A stretch of DNA of 32,000 nt from Rhodobacter capsulatus SB 1003 (GCF_000021865.1 NC_014034.1:2280001-2312000); one strand, 5' to 3'; counted from the first letter of the stretch, positions 1-11,219 are shown. Made by a program: numbers and translations. Notes: generated by a model from the letters alone, not told the origin.

Positions 1-1025
1 AGCCGCAGACCGACCCGCCCCGGGGGGCGCGGCTGCCGGGTTGAGGGCAGGTCAAGCCGCAGCTCCACCCCGCCCGCCTCAAGCCGCAGGACCAGCCGCT
101 CCTGCGCGCCCAGAAATTCGGCCCGTTCGATCCGCGCCGGGGCCCCCGCGGCCGGATCGCAAAGCGCAAGCGCCTGCGGGCGAAAGAAGGCCACCGCCGC
201 CTGCCCCTCGGCCAGCCCCGGGGCGGCAAACCGGCCCAGCGGCGTCACCAGCGCGCCGCCCGCCACCTGCCCCGGCAGGGTGCTGCCCGGACCGAGAAAG
301 CGCGCGGCGTAAAGCGTTGGCGGCGCGTGATAAAGGCTGCGCGGATCGGCCAAAGCCTCGATCTTGCCCGCCTGCATCACGGCCAGATGATCGGCCACCG
401 CCAGCGCCTCGGCCGGGTCATGGGTGACAAGGATCGCCGCCACCCCGATCTGGCGCAACAGCGCCAGCGTCTCGGCCCGGACGCTGTCGCGCAGCCCCTG
501 ATCCAGGTTGGAAAACGGCTCGTCCATCAGCAAAAGCCCGGGCCTCGGCGCCAGCGCCCGCGCCAGCGCCACGCGCTGGCTTTCCCCGCCCGAAAGCTGG
601 TGCGGATAGCGGTCCGCCAAAGCGCTTACCCCCGCCACCGCCAGAACCTCGGCCACCCGGGCCTTCAGCTCCGCAGAGGGCGCCCCGCGCAGGCCGAAGG
701 CCACGTTTTCCGCCACGCTCAGATGCGGAAACAGCGCGTAATCCTGAAACATGAAGCCGATGCCGCGCGCCTCGGGGTCGACGAACCGCCCCGGCCCCGC
801 CAGCACCCGCCCCGCCAGCACGATCTCGCCGCTGTCCGGGCGCTCGACCCCGGCGATCAGGCGCAGCAGCGTGGACTTGCCGCAGCCCGACGCGCCCAGC
901 AGACACAGGATTTCGCCCTGACCAAGGTTGAAGGAAATCTCCGCAAGCGCCGTCACCGCACCGAAACGGCGGCTGACGCGATCAAGACGAAGCCAGGAAG
1001 CGGCGGGCAAGGGCGCAGGTGTCAT
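1..1025 (-). CDS. ABC transporter ATP-binding protein (FbpC/PotA-like importer ATPase); 3' end lies beyond the window edge
   Basis: Not in the ORF track because it runs off the left edge. Hand translation of the minus strand from ATG 1025-1023 gives MTPAPLPAASWLRLDRVSRRFG... Motifs: Walker A GASGCGKST, Q-loop FQDYALFPH, signature LSGGESQRV, Walker B LLLMDEP, H-loop VTHD, followed by a C-terminal regulatory-type extension. I checked the frame codon by codon; it stays open to nt 3. Confidence 0.85.
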   Translation of the reverse strand, partial: MTPAPLPAASWLRLDRVSRRFGAVTALAEISFNLGQGEILCLLGASGCGKSTLLRLIAGVERPDSGEIVLAGRVLAGPGRFVDPEARGIGFMFQDYALFPHLSVAENVAFGLRGAPSAELKARVAEVLAVAGVSALADRYPHQLSGGESQRVALARALAPRPGLLLMDEPFSNLDQGLRDSVRAETLALLRQIGVAAILVTHDPAEALAVADHLAVMQAGKIEALADPRSLYHAPPTLYAARFLGPGSTLPGQVAGGALVTPLGRFAAPGLAEGQAAVAFFRPQALALCDPAAGAPARIERAEFLGAQERLVLRLEAGGVELRLDLPSTRQPRPPGRVGLR

Positions 1026-1099
1026 CGGCCCAATCTAGGCAACCGCGGCCAAAAATCCATCCCGCACCAGCGGATTTGCCGCCTGCTGAGCGCCCCGGT

Positions 1100-3217
1100 T
1101 CAGGCGTTCATGTCGCGCATGAGGCGGCCGTGTTTTCGGACTTCGGTGAGGACGGCGCCGAAGGTGGTCAGGCCGCGGGCCTTGAGGGCGGGCAGCAGGC
1201 GCAGGAAGGCCTCGGCCGTGGCGACCGTGTCGCCAAGCGCGGTGTGGCGGGCTTCCTCGGGGATGGTGATGCCCAGCCGATGCGTCAGCGCGTCCAGGCT
1301 GTGGCCCTCGGCGGCGCCGAAGACCACCGCCGACAAAAGCACCGTGTCGAGCACCGGATTGTCGAAATTCTTGCCGATCAGCAATTCCTTGCGGCGCAGG
1401 AATTCCAGATCGAAGGGCGCGTTATGGGCGACCAGCACCGCGCCCTCGGCGAATTTGTGGAACCGCCGCCCGACCTCGGCGATCGCGGGCGCGGTTGCCA
1501 CCATCGCCTCGGTGATGCCGTGAACCGCCGTCGAGGCCGCCGGGATCGGCCGCCCCGGGTTCACGAGCGTGTCAAAGACCTCGCCCGCCACCCGCCGCCC
1601 GTTGACGATCCGCACCGCCGCGATCTGCACGATCTCGTCGCCGCCGGTGGGAAAGAGCCCCGTCGTCTCGGTGTCGAAGACGACGAAGGTCAGCTTGTCG
1701 AGCGGGGTTTCGGCCAGCGCGCTTTCGCCGCCCCGCCCCAGCAGATCAAAGTCATAGACCACCTGGCGCGGCACCGGACGGGGCACCGGATGGGGATCCG
1801 GGCCGATCCGGCGTGCCTCGCGCAGCGGCAGGCAGAGCCGGTGCCGCCCCTCGTGCAGCCGCTCGGGCCACAGATCGGTCGCATGGACCGAGAGCACCCG
1901 CCGCCCGGTCACCTCGGCCTGGCCCACATCCAGCGGCTCGGAGAGCCACAGCTCCAGATCGGCAATCGCCACCGCCGCGCCGCGCCATTCGAGCGCGATC
2001 AGCGCCCCCGCGCCGTCTTCAAGCACCTCCAGCCGCTTCTCGGCCCGGCCCGGGCCCAGACGGCGCACCAGATGCGCGATCAGCGCCACCATCTCGAAGC
2101 CCTCCAGCCGCAGCAGCAGGGCCGCGGTCACCGGCAGCAGATCGCCCGCCCCCTCGGCCGCGACGCGGGCCTGCACGGCGGCGCCGAAATCCGAGGCGCG
2201 GATCATCGCAAGCGGCCACCAGTCGGCCCGCATCGCCTCGTGGCGGTCGTGCAGGCTGTGGATCGCCTGCGCAAGATGGCCCGCCTCGGCCCGGGCGGCC
2301 TCGCGCAGCTGCGCGCGGGCCTGCGGATCGGCGGGCCCGTCCTCGGCGATCAGCACGCCCATCAGCGATTGCAGCGCCGCGGCCGGACGGCGGATGCGGT
2401 CGAACAGCTCGTCCATCAGCGCCTCGCGCCCGGCATGGGCGCGCAGATCGGCCGAGACATCGCGCAAGGTCAGCACATAGCCCGCCAGGCGCCGCACCTG
2501 ATGATCCTCCCCCTCCGAGATCAGCCGCATCCGCGCGGCGAGCGTGCGGCCATCGGCCACCGTCGCGCACAGAAGATCCGAGGCGGCATCGGGATCGGCC
2601 GTCGCCAGAAGCCGCGCATGGGCATGGCGGATCGGCGCCGGGTGCAGATAGTCGAAGACCCGCCGGTCGAGCCCCGGCGCATGCGCCCCGCCCAGCAGAT
2701 CGACCGCCTGACCGTTGTAAAAGACCAGGGCATGATCGGCGGTGCACAAAAGCACCCCCACCGGCACGTCCGACAGCAGCGTCTCCAGCCGGTCCTTTTC
2801 GCGGGCAAGCCGGGTGGTCTCGCGCTGCACCGCCTCGGTCAGCGCCGAGCGGGTCTCGTTCAGATGCTGCGCGATCGCCGCCGCCGCCGGGGCCAGATCG
2901 CCCAGATAGCGCCCCGCGCTTTCATCCAGCGCGCTGTCGACCGCGGTCTGGGTGCGCGCCCGGATCGAGCCCGCCAGCCGCTCGATCGGCCGCGCCAGAT
3001 TGGCGTCGAACAGCGCCCAGACCACCCCGATCAGGCCCAGGATGACCAGCCCCGCCACGGTGCCGCCGATCACGAAGCCCGAAAGCGCCTCGGGCCGGGC
3101 GAGCTTGTGAAAGCCGAAGACCAGCCCCGCGACCAGCGCCGCAAGATTGCCCATCGCCAGCGCGGCGAAGAACAGGAAGATCCGGAGGCGCAGGCTGAGC
3201 CGGGCCAGCCCCATCAC
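1100..3217 (-). CDS. Membrane sensor (2 TM, HAMP, PAS, degenerate histidine-kinase-like region) fused to a DEDDh 3'-5' exonuclease (DNA pol III epsilon / RNase T-like) domain
   Basis: 705-aa ORF. N-terminal hydrophobic helices (IFLFFAALAMGNLAALVAGLVFGF; FVIGGTVAGLVILGLIGVVWALF). The C-terminal ~197 aa carry ExoI FDTETTG, ExoII AHNAPFDLEFL and ExoIII HTALGDTVATAE (H-x4-D, i.e. DEDDh). The start (GTG ATG at 3217-3212) overlaps the stop of the upstream receiver gene. Confidence 0.85.
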   Translation of the reverse strand: MMGLARLSLRLRIFLFFAALAMGNLAALVAGLVFGFHKLARPEALSGFVIGGTVAGLVILGLIGVVWALFDANLARPIERLAGSIRARTQTAVDSALDESAGRYLGDLAPAAAAIAQHLNETRSALTEAVQRETTRLAREKDRLETLLSDVPVGVLLCTADHALVFYNGQAVDLLGGAHAPGLDRRVFDYLHPAPIRHAHARLLATADPDAASDLLCATVADGRTLAARMRLISEGEDHQVRRLAGYVLTLRDVSADLRAHAGREALMDELFDRIRRPAAALQSLMGVLIAEDGPADPQARAQLREAARAEAGHLAQAIHSLHDRHEAMRADWWPLAMIRASDFGAAVQARVAAEGAGDLLPVTAALLLRLEGFEMVALIAHLVRRLGPGRAEKRLEVLEDGAGALIALEWRGAAVAIADLELWLSEPLDVGQAEVTGRRVLSVHATDLWPERLHEGRHRLCLPLREARRIGPDPHPVPRPVPRQVVYDFDLLGRGGESALAETPLDKLTFVVFDTETTGLFPTGGDEIVQIAAVRIVNGRRVAGEVFDTLVNPGRPIPAASTAVHGITEAMVATAPAIAEVGRRFHKFAEGAVLVAHNAPFDLEFLRRKELLIGKNFDNPVLDTVLLSAVVFGAAEGHSLDALTHRLGITIPEEARHTALGDTVATAEAFLRLLPALKARGLTTFGAVLTEVRKHGRLMRDMNA

Positions 3218-3609
3218 GCCCCCTCCGGGTCCAGCAGCCGGTGCAATTCGTCGCGCAGCTCCTTCAGCTCGAAGGGTTTGGCGATGAACCCGTCGGCGCC
3301 AAGCGCCAGCGCCTTGCGCCGCTCCAGCGCCGAGCCGCGCGCCGTCATCATCACGATCCGCACCCCGGCCAGCGCGCCATCGGCCCGGACCTGCTGGCAG
3401 ATCTCGTAGCCCGAGACCTCGGGCAGCATCACGTCGAGCAGCACCAGATCGGGGCGCTCGGCGCGGATGCGCTCGACCGCGCCCAGCCCGGTGGCCAGCC
3501 GCGCATGATCCAGCCCCTCGCGGCCCAGAAGATAATCAAGCGCAATGGCGATGTTGTCCTCGTCCTCGACGATCAGCACGCGCGGCCTGCCGCCGCTTTC
3601 CCCGGTCAT
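3214..3609 (-). CDS. Single-domain CheY-like response regulator receiver
   Basis: ORF 3214..3687 trimmed to ATG 3609 (MTGESGG), which is preceded by GGAGGA. An alternative ATG at 3663 lies 1 nt after the upstream stop. Receiver motifs: acidic pocket VEDEDN, phospho-acceptor LLDVMLP, MMTARG Thr, AKPF Lys. There is no output domain. Confidence 0.85.
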   Translation of the reverse strand: MTGESGGRPRVLIVEDEDNIAIALDYLLGREGLDHARLATGLGAVERIRAERPDLVLLDVMLPEVSGYEICQQVRADGALAGVRIVMMTARGSALERRKALALGADGFIAKPFELKELRDELHRLLDPEGA

Positions 3610-3664
3610 TCCGTCCTCCCGCGCGGGGGCCATCTCTGCCCGCCGCCTCTCCGCCCGCTGCATG

Positions 3665-5491
3665 TCAGCCCACCACGGCCTTGCCATGACCCAGCGCCGA
3701 TTGCATCGTGCGCACCACCACGAAAGCGTCGCGCAGATGCGCGCGTTCGAAATCGCTCAGATCCGAGGGCGCGAGGAAATTGTCCGGCGCCCGCCCGGAG
3801 CGGATCAGCCGGGCCTGGTTTTCCAGCCGCGTCGTCGCGATCAGGTCATAGGCCTCGATCAGATCGCGCGCCTCGCCGGGGGCGATCGTCCCGGCCTCCT
3901 CGGCGGCCTTCAGCCGGGCGCGGGTATTGGCGAGACCAAGCCGCCCGCGCAGCGCCTGCACCCGCGCCAGATCGATCACCGGCACCACCCCGTTCATCTT
4001 CAGATCGATGTGGTTGCGGTGCTCGCCCGAGCGGATCGTGGCAAAGCCGCGCAAGAGGCCCAGAGGCGGCGTGTGCTTGAGCGCATTGCCCAGCATATGC
4101 GCGATGAAGATCGGGCTTTGCGCCGCCAGCCGCAGGGTTTCTTCCTGCAGCGCGGTGAAGAGATCGGCGCCAGTGCCGCCGATCGGGCGCAGATCGAACA
4201 TCACCGAGGCCAGCATCTGCGCCTCGGGGTTCGGCGTGTCGATCCAGTCGTGGAAATAGCGCCGCCAGACCCCGAGCGGCTGGCACCAGCGCGCGGCCGT
4301 GGCCATCATCTCGCCCGGGCAATGCACGTAACCGCAGGCGTCAAGCCCGTCGCAGACGATCTTCGCCAAAGCGCGGAAATACTCCATGTCTTCGGGCTTT
4401 GCCGCATCATCCAAAATCAGGCAATTGTCCTGATCGGACACGCCAGTCTGTTCCTGCCGCCCCTGAGAGCCGCAGGCGAGCCAGAGATAGGGCACCGGCG
4501 GCGGCCCGAGATCGCGTTCGGCCATCACCAGAAGCCTGCGCGTCACCGCATCGGCGATGTCGGTGATCAGCCGCGTCACCACGTCATGGGCGTGATGCGC
4601 GCCGACAAGCTGCACCAGCAGCTGCGGGATCCGCGCGGTGACCGCGGCCATCTCGGCCAGGGTCTCGGCCGAGACCACGTCGCGAATGAGCACCGCCGCC
4701 GAGACCGCCTGAAACCGCGTCAGATCGGTCTGGGTGATCATGCCGACGAAACGCCCCGCCTCGGTGATCGGCAGATGGCCGATGCGCCGCTCCAGCATGA
4801 TATGCAGGATGTCGGAGCCGAGCGCGGTGGGCGGCAGGCTGACCGGATCCGCCGTCATCACCGCCGCCACCGGGGTTTCGGGCGCTTGCCCCTCGGCCAG
4901 GATCTTGTTCGACAGATCGCGCTGGGTGACGATGCCCAAAAGCGTCCCGTCCGCCGCGACGACGCCGAGCGAGGAAACATGCGCCGCGCGCATCTGCTGC
5001 GCCGCCGCGATCGCGGGGGTGTCGGGCGCGCAGGCAAGCGGCTTGCGCGCGATCAGATCGGCCACTTTCTGCGTCGCGATCTCGGTCGAGACCTTCTCGC
5101 CGCGCTTCCTGTTGAAGAAGCGCTCGAACGCCGGATAGGTCTCGATCAGCCGCTTGAAGCTGGGGGTGGGCAGCACAAGGCAGACCGTCTGCGCCGTCGC
5201 CCGCGCCTGGGTCGCGGCCAGCCCGTCGCGCAGAAGACCGCGCTCGCCAAAGGAATTGCGCGGACCCAGAAGCGAGACCAGCCCGCCATTGCCGTCGGTG
5301 ATTTCCACCGCGCCCTGCTTGATCAGGTAAAGCCCGCCCAGGGGCGTCTGATGCACATAGATCAGCGCCTGGGCGCAAAATTCCATGCGGCGAAAGGAAC
5401 GGGCCACCTCGGCCAGCTCGTCACGCGGCAGGGTATCATAGGGATGGACGGTTTCCAGAAAGGCAAGGACGGCCTGACGGTCGGGTTCCAT
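3665..5491 (-). CDS. cNMP-binding + tandem CBS + DUF294 (GlnD-like, Pol-beta fold) putative nucleotidyltransferase with DUF294_C substrate-binding domain
   Basis: ORF 3665..5752 trimmed to ATG 5491 (MEPDRQ, SD GGAGAG); the longer version would overlap actP. Contains a cNMP-binding-like segment (LYLIKQGAVEI...FGERGLL), two CBS repeats (VSSLGVV..GIVTQRDL; IGHLPIT..GMITQTDL), the NTase signature CGSQGRQEQTGVSDQDN and a helical C-terminal domain. Confidence 0.9.
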   Translation of the reverse strand: MEPDRQAVLAFLETVHPYDTLPRDELAEVARSFRRMEFCAQALIYVHQTPLGGLYLIKQGAVEITDGNGGLVSLLGPRNSFGERGLLRDGLAATQARATAQTVCLVLPTPSFKRLIETYPAFERFFNRKRGEKVSTEIATQKVADLIARKPLACAPDTPAIAAAQQMRAAHVSSLGVVAADGTLLGIVTQRDLSNKILAEGQAPETPVAAVMTADPVSLPPTALGSDILHIMLERRIGHLPITEAGRFVGMITQTDLTRFQAVSAAVLIRDVVSAETLAEMAAVTARIPQLLVQLVGAHHAHDVVTRLITDIADAVTRRLLVMAERDLGPPPVPYLWLACGSQGRQEQTGVSDQDNCLILDDAAKPEDMEYFRALAKIVCDGLDACGYVHCPGEMMATAARWCQPLGVWRRYFHDWIDTPNPEAQMLASVMFDLRPIGGTGADLFTALQEETLRLAAQSPIFIAHMLGNALKHTPPLGLLRGFATIRSGEHRNHIDLKMNGVVPVIDLARVQALRGRLGLANTRARLKAAEEAGTIAPGEARDLIEAYDLIATTRLENQARLIRSGRAPDNFLAPSDLSDFERAHLRDAFVVVRTMQSALGHGKAVVG

Positions 5492-5532
5492 GATCTCTCC
5501 TGTGCAGGCGGGGCCCGTGAAGGCGGGGGAAC

Positions 5533-5552
5533 GGGCGGGGAGGACCCCGCCC
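5533..5552 (-). promoter_or_regulatory. Intercistronic GC hairpin between actP and the NTase gene
   Basis: GGGCGGGG-agga-CCCCGCCC: an 8-bp perfect stem with a 4-nt loop inside the 70-nt gap. There is no U-tract, so it is not a canonical intrinsic terminator. It could act as a processing, stability or attenuation element. Confidence 0.35.
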
Positions 5553-5561
5553 GCCGCCGGA

Positions 5562-7298
5562 TCAATGCGCCGAGGCTTCGGCGGCGCCGATGCCGGTTTC
5601 CGAACGGATCTCCTGCGCCAGATAGCCGTCCCGGTCCTGATCGCCGCGCCGGCTCTTGTCGGTGATCGAAAAGAGCCAGATCCCCGCAAAGCCCAGCACC
5701 ATCGAGAAGAGCGCGGGCGAGGTATAGGGGAAGGGCGCCGAGCCCTTTTCAAAGCCGAGCGTGGCCTCCCAGACCGAGGGCGAGATCACGGTCAGCGCCA
5801 CCGAGCTGATCAGCCCGAGGGAACCGCCGATCACCGCGCCGCGCGTCGTCATGCCCTTCCACAGAAGCGACATGAAGAGCACCGGGAAGTTCGCCGAAGC
5901 GGCGATGGCAAAGGCCAGCGACACCATGAAGGCGATGTTCTGCTTTTCAAACGCCAGACCCAGAACCACCGCGACGATGCCAAGGCAGATCGTGGTGATG
6001 CGCGAGACCCGCAGCTCCGAGGCGCTGTCGGCCTTGCCGTTCTTGAACACGGTCGAATAAAGGTCATGCGACACCGCCGAGGCGCCCGAGAGCGTCAGAC
6101 CGGCGACCACGGCCAGGATCGTGGCAAAGGCCACCGCCGAGATGAAGCCGAGGAAGATGTTGCCGCCCACCGCCTGCGCCAGATGGATCGCCGCCATGTT
6201 GTTGCCGCCCACCAGCGTCAGCGCGCCCTTGGCATCATAGCTGACCAGACCCGGGTTGGTCAGGACATAGACGATGGCGCCAAAGCCGATGATGAAGGTC
6301 AGCATGTAGAAATAGCCGATCCAGACCGTCGCCCACATCACCGACTTGCGCGCTTCCTTGGCCGAAGGCACGGTGAAGAAGCGCATCAGGATATGCGGCA
6401 GACCGGCGGTGCCGAACATCAGCGCCATGCCGAAGGAAATCGCCGAGATCGGGTCTTTCACGAAGGTGCCCGGCCCCATGATCGAGATCCCCGCAGCCGC
6501 CGCCTCCTCGGGGGTCTTGCCCGCCGCCAGCGCCAGATCGGTCTTCACCTTGACCGAGTCCGCAAACAGGCTTTCCAGGCTGAAGCCGTAATGCACCATC
6601 ACCATCAGCGCCATGAAGCTGGCCCCGCCCAGCAGCAGACAGGCCTTGATGATCTGCACCCAGGTCGTCGCGGTCATGCCGCCAAACAGCACATAGACCA
6701 TCATCAGGATGCCGACGACGATCACCGCATAAAGATATTCCAGCCCGAACAGCAGCTTGATCAGCTGCCCCGCGCCCACCATCTGGGCGATCAGGTAAAA
6801 GGCCACGACGACCAGCGTCGACATCGCCGCAAAGACCCGCACCGGCGTCTGCGCGAACGGGAAGGCCGCCACATCGGCGAAGGTGAACTTGCCAAGGTTG
6901 CGCAGCCGCTCGGCCATCAGGAAGGTCAGGATCGGCCAGCCGACCAGAAAGCCGATCGAATAGATCAGCCCGTCATAGCCCTGCAGCATCACCGCCGCCG
7001 AAATCCCCAGAAAGGACGCCGCCGACATGTAATCGCCCGCGATCGCCAGCCCGTTCTGAAAGCCGGTGATGCCGCCGCCCGCGGTGTAGAAATCGGCCGC
7101 CGATTTCGTCCGCCCGGCCGCCCATTTCGTGATGAACAGCGTCGCCACCACGAAAAAGCCGAACATCGCGATCGCGGTCCAGTTCGTGGGCTGCTTTTGC
7201 ACCGCCCCCTCGATCGCGCCCGCCGCAAGGGCAAGGCCGGGCGTCAGGCTCAGCGCCGAGACCGCCGCAAGGCGGGTGAAGGTCGTGACCGGGCTCAT
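5562..7298 (-). CDS. actP: Cation/acetate symporter ActP (SSS family)
   Basis: 578-aa multi-TM protein. The N-terminal signal-like segment followed by [31 protein letters not shown] matches the ActP N-terminus pattern; [30 protein letters not shown] is a typical SSS motif. Its start overlaps the yjcH stop (ATGA). Confidence 0.93.
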   Translation of the reverse strand: MSPVTTFTRLAAVSALSLTPGLALAAGAIEGAVQKQPTNWTAIAMFGFFVVATLFITKWAAGRTKSAADFYTAGGGITGFQNGLAIAGDYMSAASFLGISAAVMLQGYDGLIYSIGFLVGWPILTFLMAERLRNLGKFTFADVAAFPFAQTPVRVFAAMSTLVVVAFYLIAQMVGAGQLIKLLFGLEYLYAVIVVGILMMVYVLFGGMTATTWVQIIKACLLLGGASFMALMVMVHYGFSLESLFADSVKVKTDLALAAGKTPEEAAAAGISIMGPGTFVKDPISAISFGMALMFGTAGLPHILMRFFTVPSAKEARKSVMWATVWIGYFYMLTFIIGFGAIVYVLTNPGLVSYDAKGALTLVGGNNMAAIHLAQAVGGNIFLGFISAVAFATILAVVAGLTLSGASAVSHDLYSTVFKNGKADSASELRVSRITTICLGIVAVVLGLAFEKQNIAFMVSLAFAIAASANFPVLFMSLLWKGMTTRGAVIGGSLGLISSVALTVISPSVWEATLGFEKGSAPFPYTSPALFSMVLGFAGIWLFSITDKSRRGDQDRDGYLAQEIRSETGIGAAEASAH

Positions 7299-7603
7299 TT
7301 CAGCACCTCGCGCTTCACCTGGGCGGTCAGCTCGTCATAGTCGCTGTTGGCGCGGAAGACGTAGATCGCCGTCACCACGATGGTGAACAGGATCACCCCG
7401 AAGCCGACCGGGATCCCCCAGGTCATCACCCCCTCGCCCATCGGCACGGCCAGAAGGTCCTTGCGAAAGGCGATGACGGTGATGAAGCCGTAATAGACCA
7501 GCAGCATCGCGATGGTGAGCAGCCAGCCGAACCGCAAGCGCTTTGTCTTCAGCGCGTGGTAGGCCGGGCTCCTGGCGATGCGTTCCAGCATCGTGTCTTG
7601 CAT
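7295..7603 (-). CDS. yjcH: DUF485 inner-membrane protein (YjcH), ActP partner
   Basis: 102 aa with two TM helices ([22 protein letters not shown]; [21 protein letters not shown]). It sits immediately upstream of, and overlaps, actP. Strong SD GAGGAGG. Confidence 0.9.
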   Translation of the reverse strand: MQDTMLERIARSPAYHALKTKRLRFGWLLTIAMLLVYYGFITVIAFRKDLLAVPMGEGVMTWGIPVGFGVILFTIVVTAIYVFRANSDYDELTAQVKREVLK

Positions 7604-7837
7604 GTGTTTTCCTCCTCGTTGAAGTCGTCCGCTCCGGCTTGCGCGGCGCGGTTTGGCCGTGTTGCCCCGGCCGTTGCTCTTGACCCGCCCGTAGCGGCGG
7701 GGGTTTCACACCCCCGCACCCCCGTGGCGTAGTTGCGCCAGGAAAAAGCACAGACTTTTGCCCGTTCACCCTGGCGCAAATCTCCCGGGGGGAGAGGTGG
7801 CGCGGGCAAGTCGGGGGGCGGCGCCCCCCGCCTCCGG

Positions 7838-9808
<1,971 letters not shown>

Positions 9809-9879
9809 GAAATCCTCCTGTGTCGGCGACCAAGGCCACCAGATGCCGCGGCACATCCGCGGCAGCTCTCCCGAGAGGC

Positions 9880-9953
9880 ATTGTAAACTGATTGTGTATC
9901 TTCCCGTAAACCCTTTTTTTGCCATGACAAAAATGTAAACGAATTTACGGAAA
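9880..9953 (-). promoter_or_regulatory. Candidate acs promoter with repeated GTAAA(C/T) motifs and nested palindromes
   Basis: An AT-rich island in an otherwise GC-rich genome. On the acs sense strand: TTTACG-N19-TACAAT (the -10 lies at 9880-9885). GTAAA-CGAA-TTTAC palindrome at 9935-9948. TTCCCGTAAA (9901-9910) is inverted relative to TTTACGGAA (9944-9952). TTTTTG-N6-CAAAAA lies between them. Confidence 0.4.
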
Positions 9954-10108
9954 CCAGATCCGGCCTGTAAATTAAATATCAAGGCGATTCAGCGCCTGAG
10001 GCATCTTGCGCCGATCGCAGGCCCGCCCCGGCCGCCGCCGGGCCTGCCCGAAAAACACGCCCAGGTTGCAGACCCTTCCGTCAGACCGGCGCCGGGGGGG
10101 ACAGGACC

Positions 10109-11215
<1,107 letters not shown>

Positions 11216-11219
<4 letters not shown>

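Noticed and set aside
1019-3409. Very long alternative-frame and antisense ORFs throughout the track (e.g. 1019..3409+, 3545..5665+, 5490..7340+, 7733..9886+, 13200..14633+, 14715..16409+, 16208..17713-, 17421..21398-, 21199..22455-, 25364..27640+, 30966..32000+).
   Set aside because: These are typical shadow ORFs of a high-GC genome. The translations are Arg/Pro/Gly/Ala-rich low-complexity strings (RRRR, PRPR, GRGR) with no motifs. Each lies fully opposite or out of frame to a gene with clear family signatures and proper GC3 bias.
5492-5752. N-terminal extensions offered by the longest-ORF track: NTase to 5752, acs to 9982, mrpG to 10969, mrpA to 16196, folD from 21205, yjjB to 24745, yjjP to 24822, MCP to 27649, RR to 3687.
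   Set aside because: The extensions overlap upstream genes or AT-rich promoter DNA and encode Arg/Pro-rich junk. Internal ATGs have SD sequences or stop/start overlaps and give N-termini that match the family patterns.
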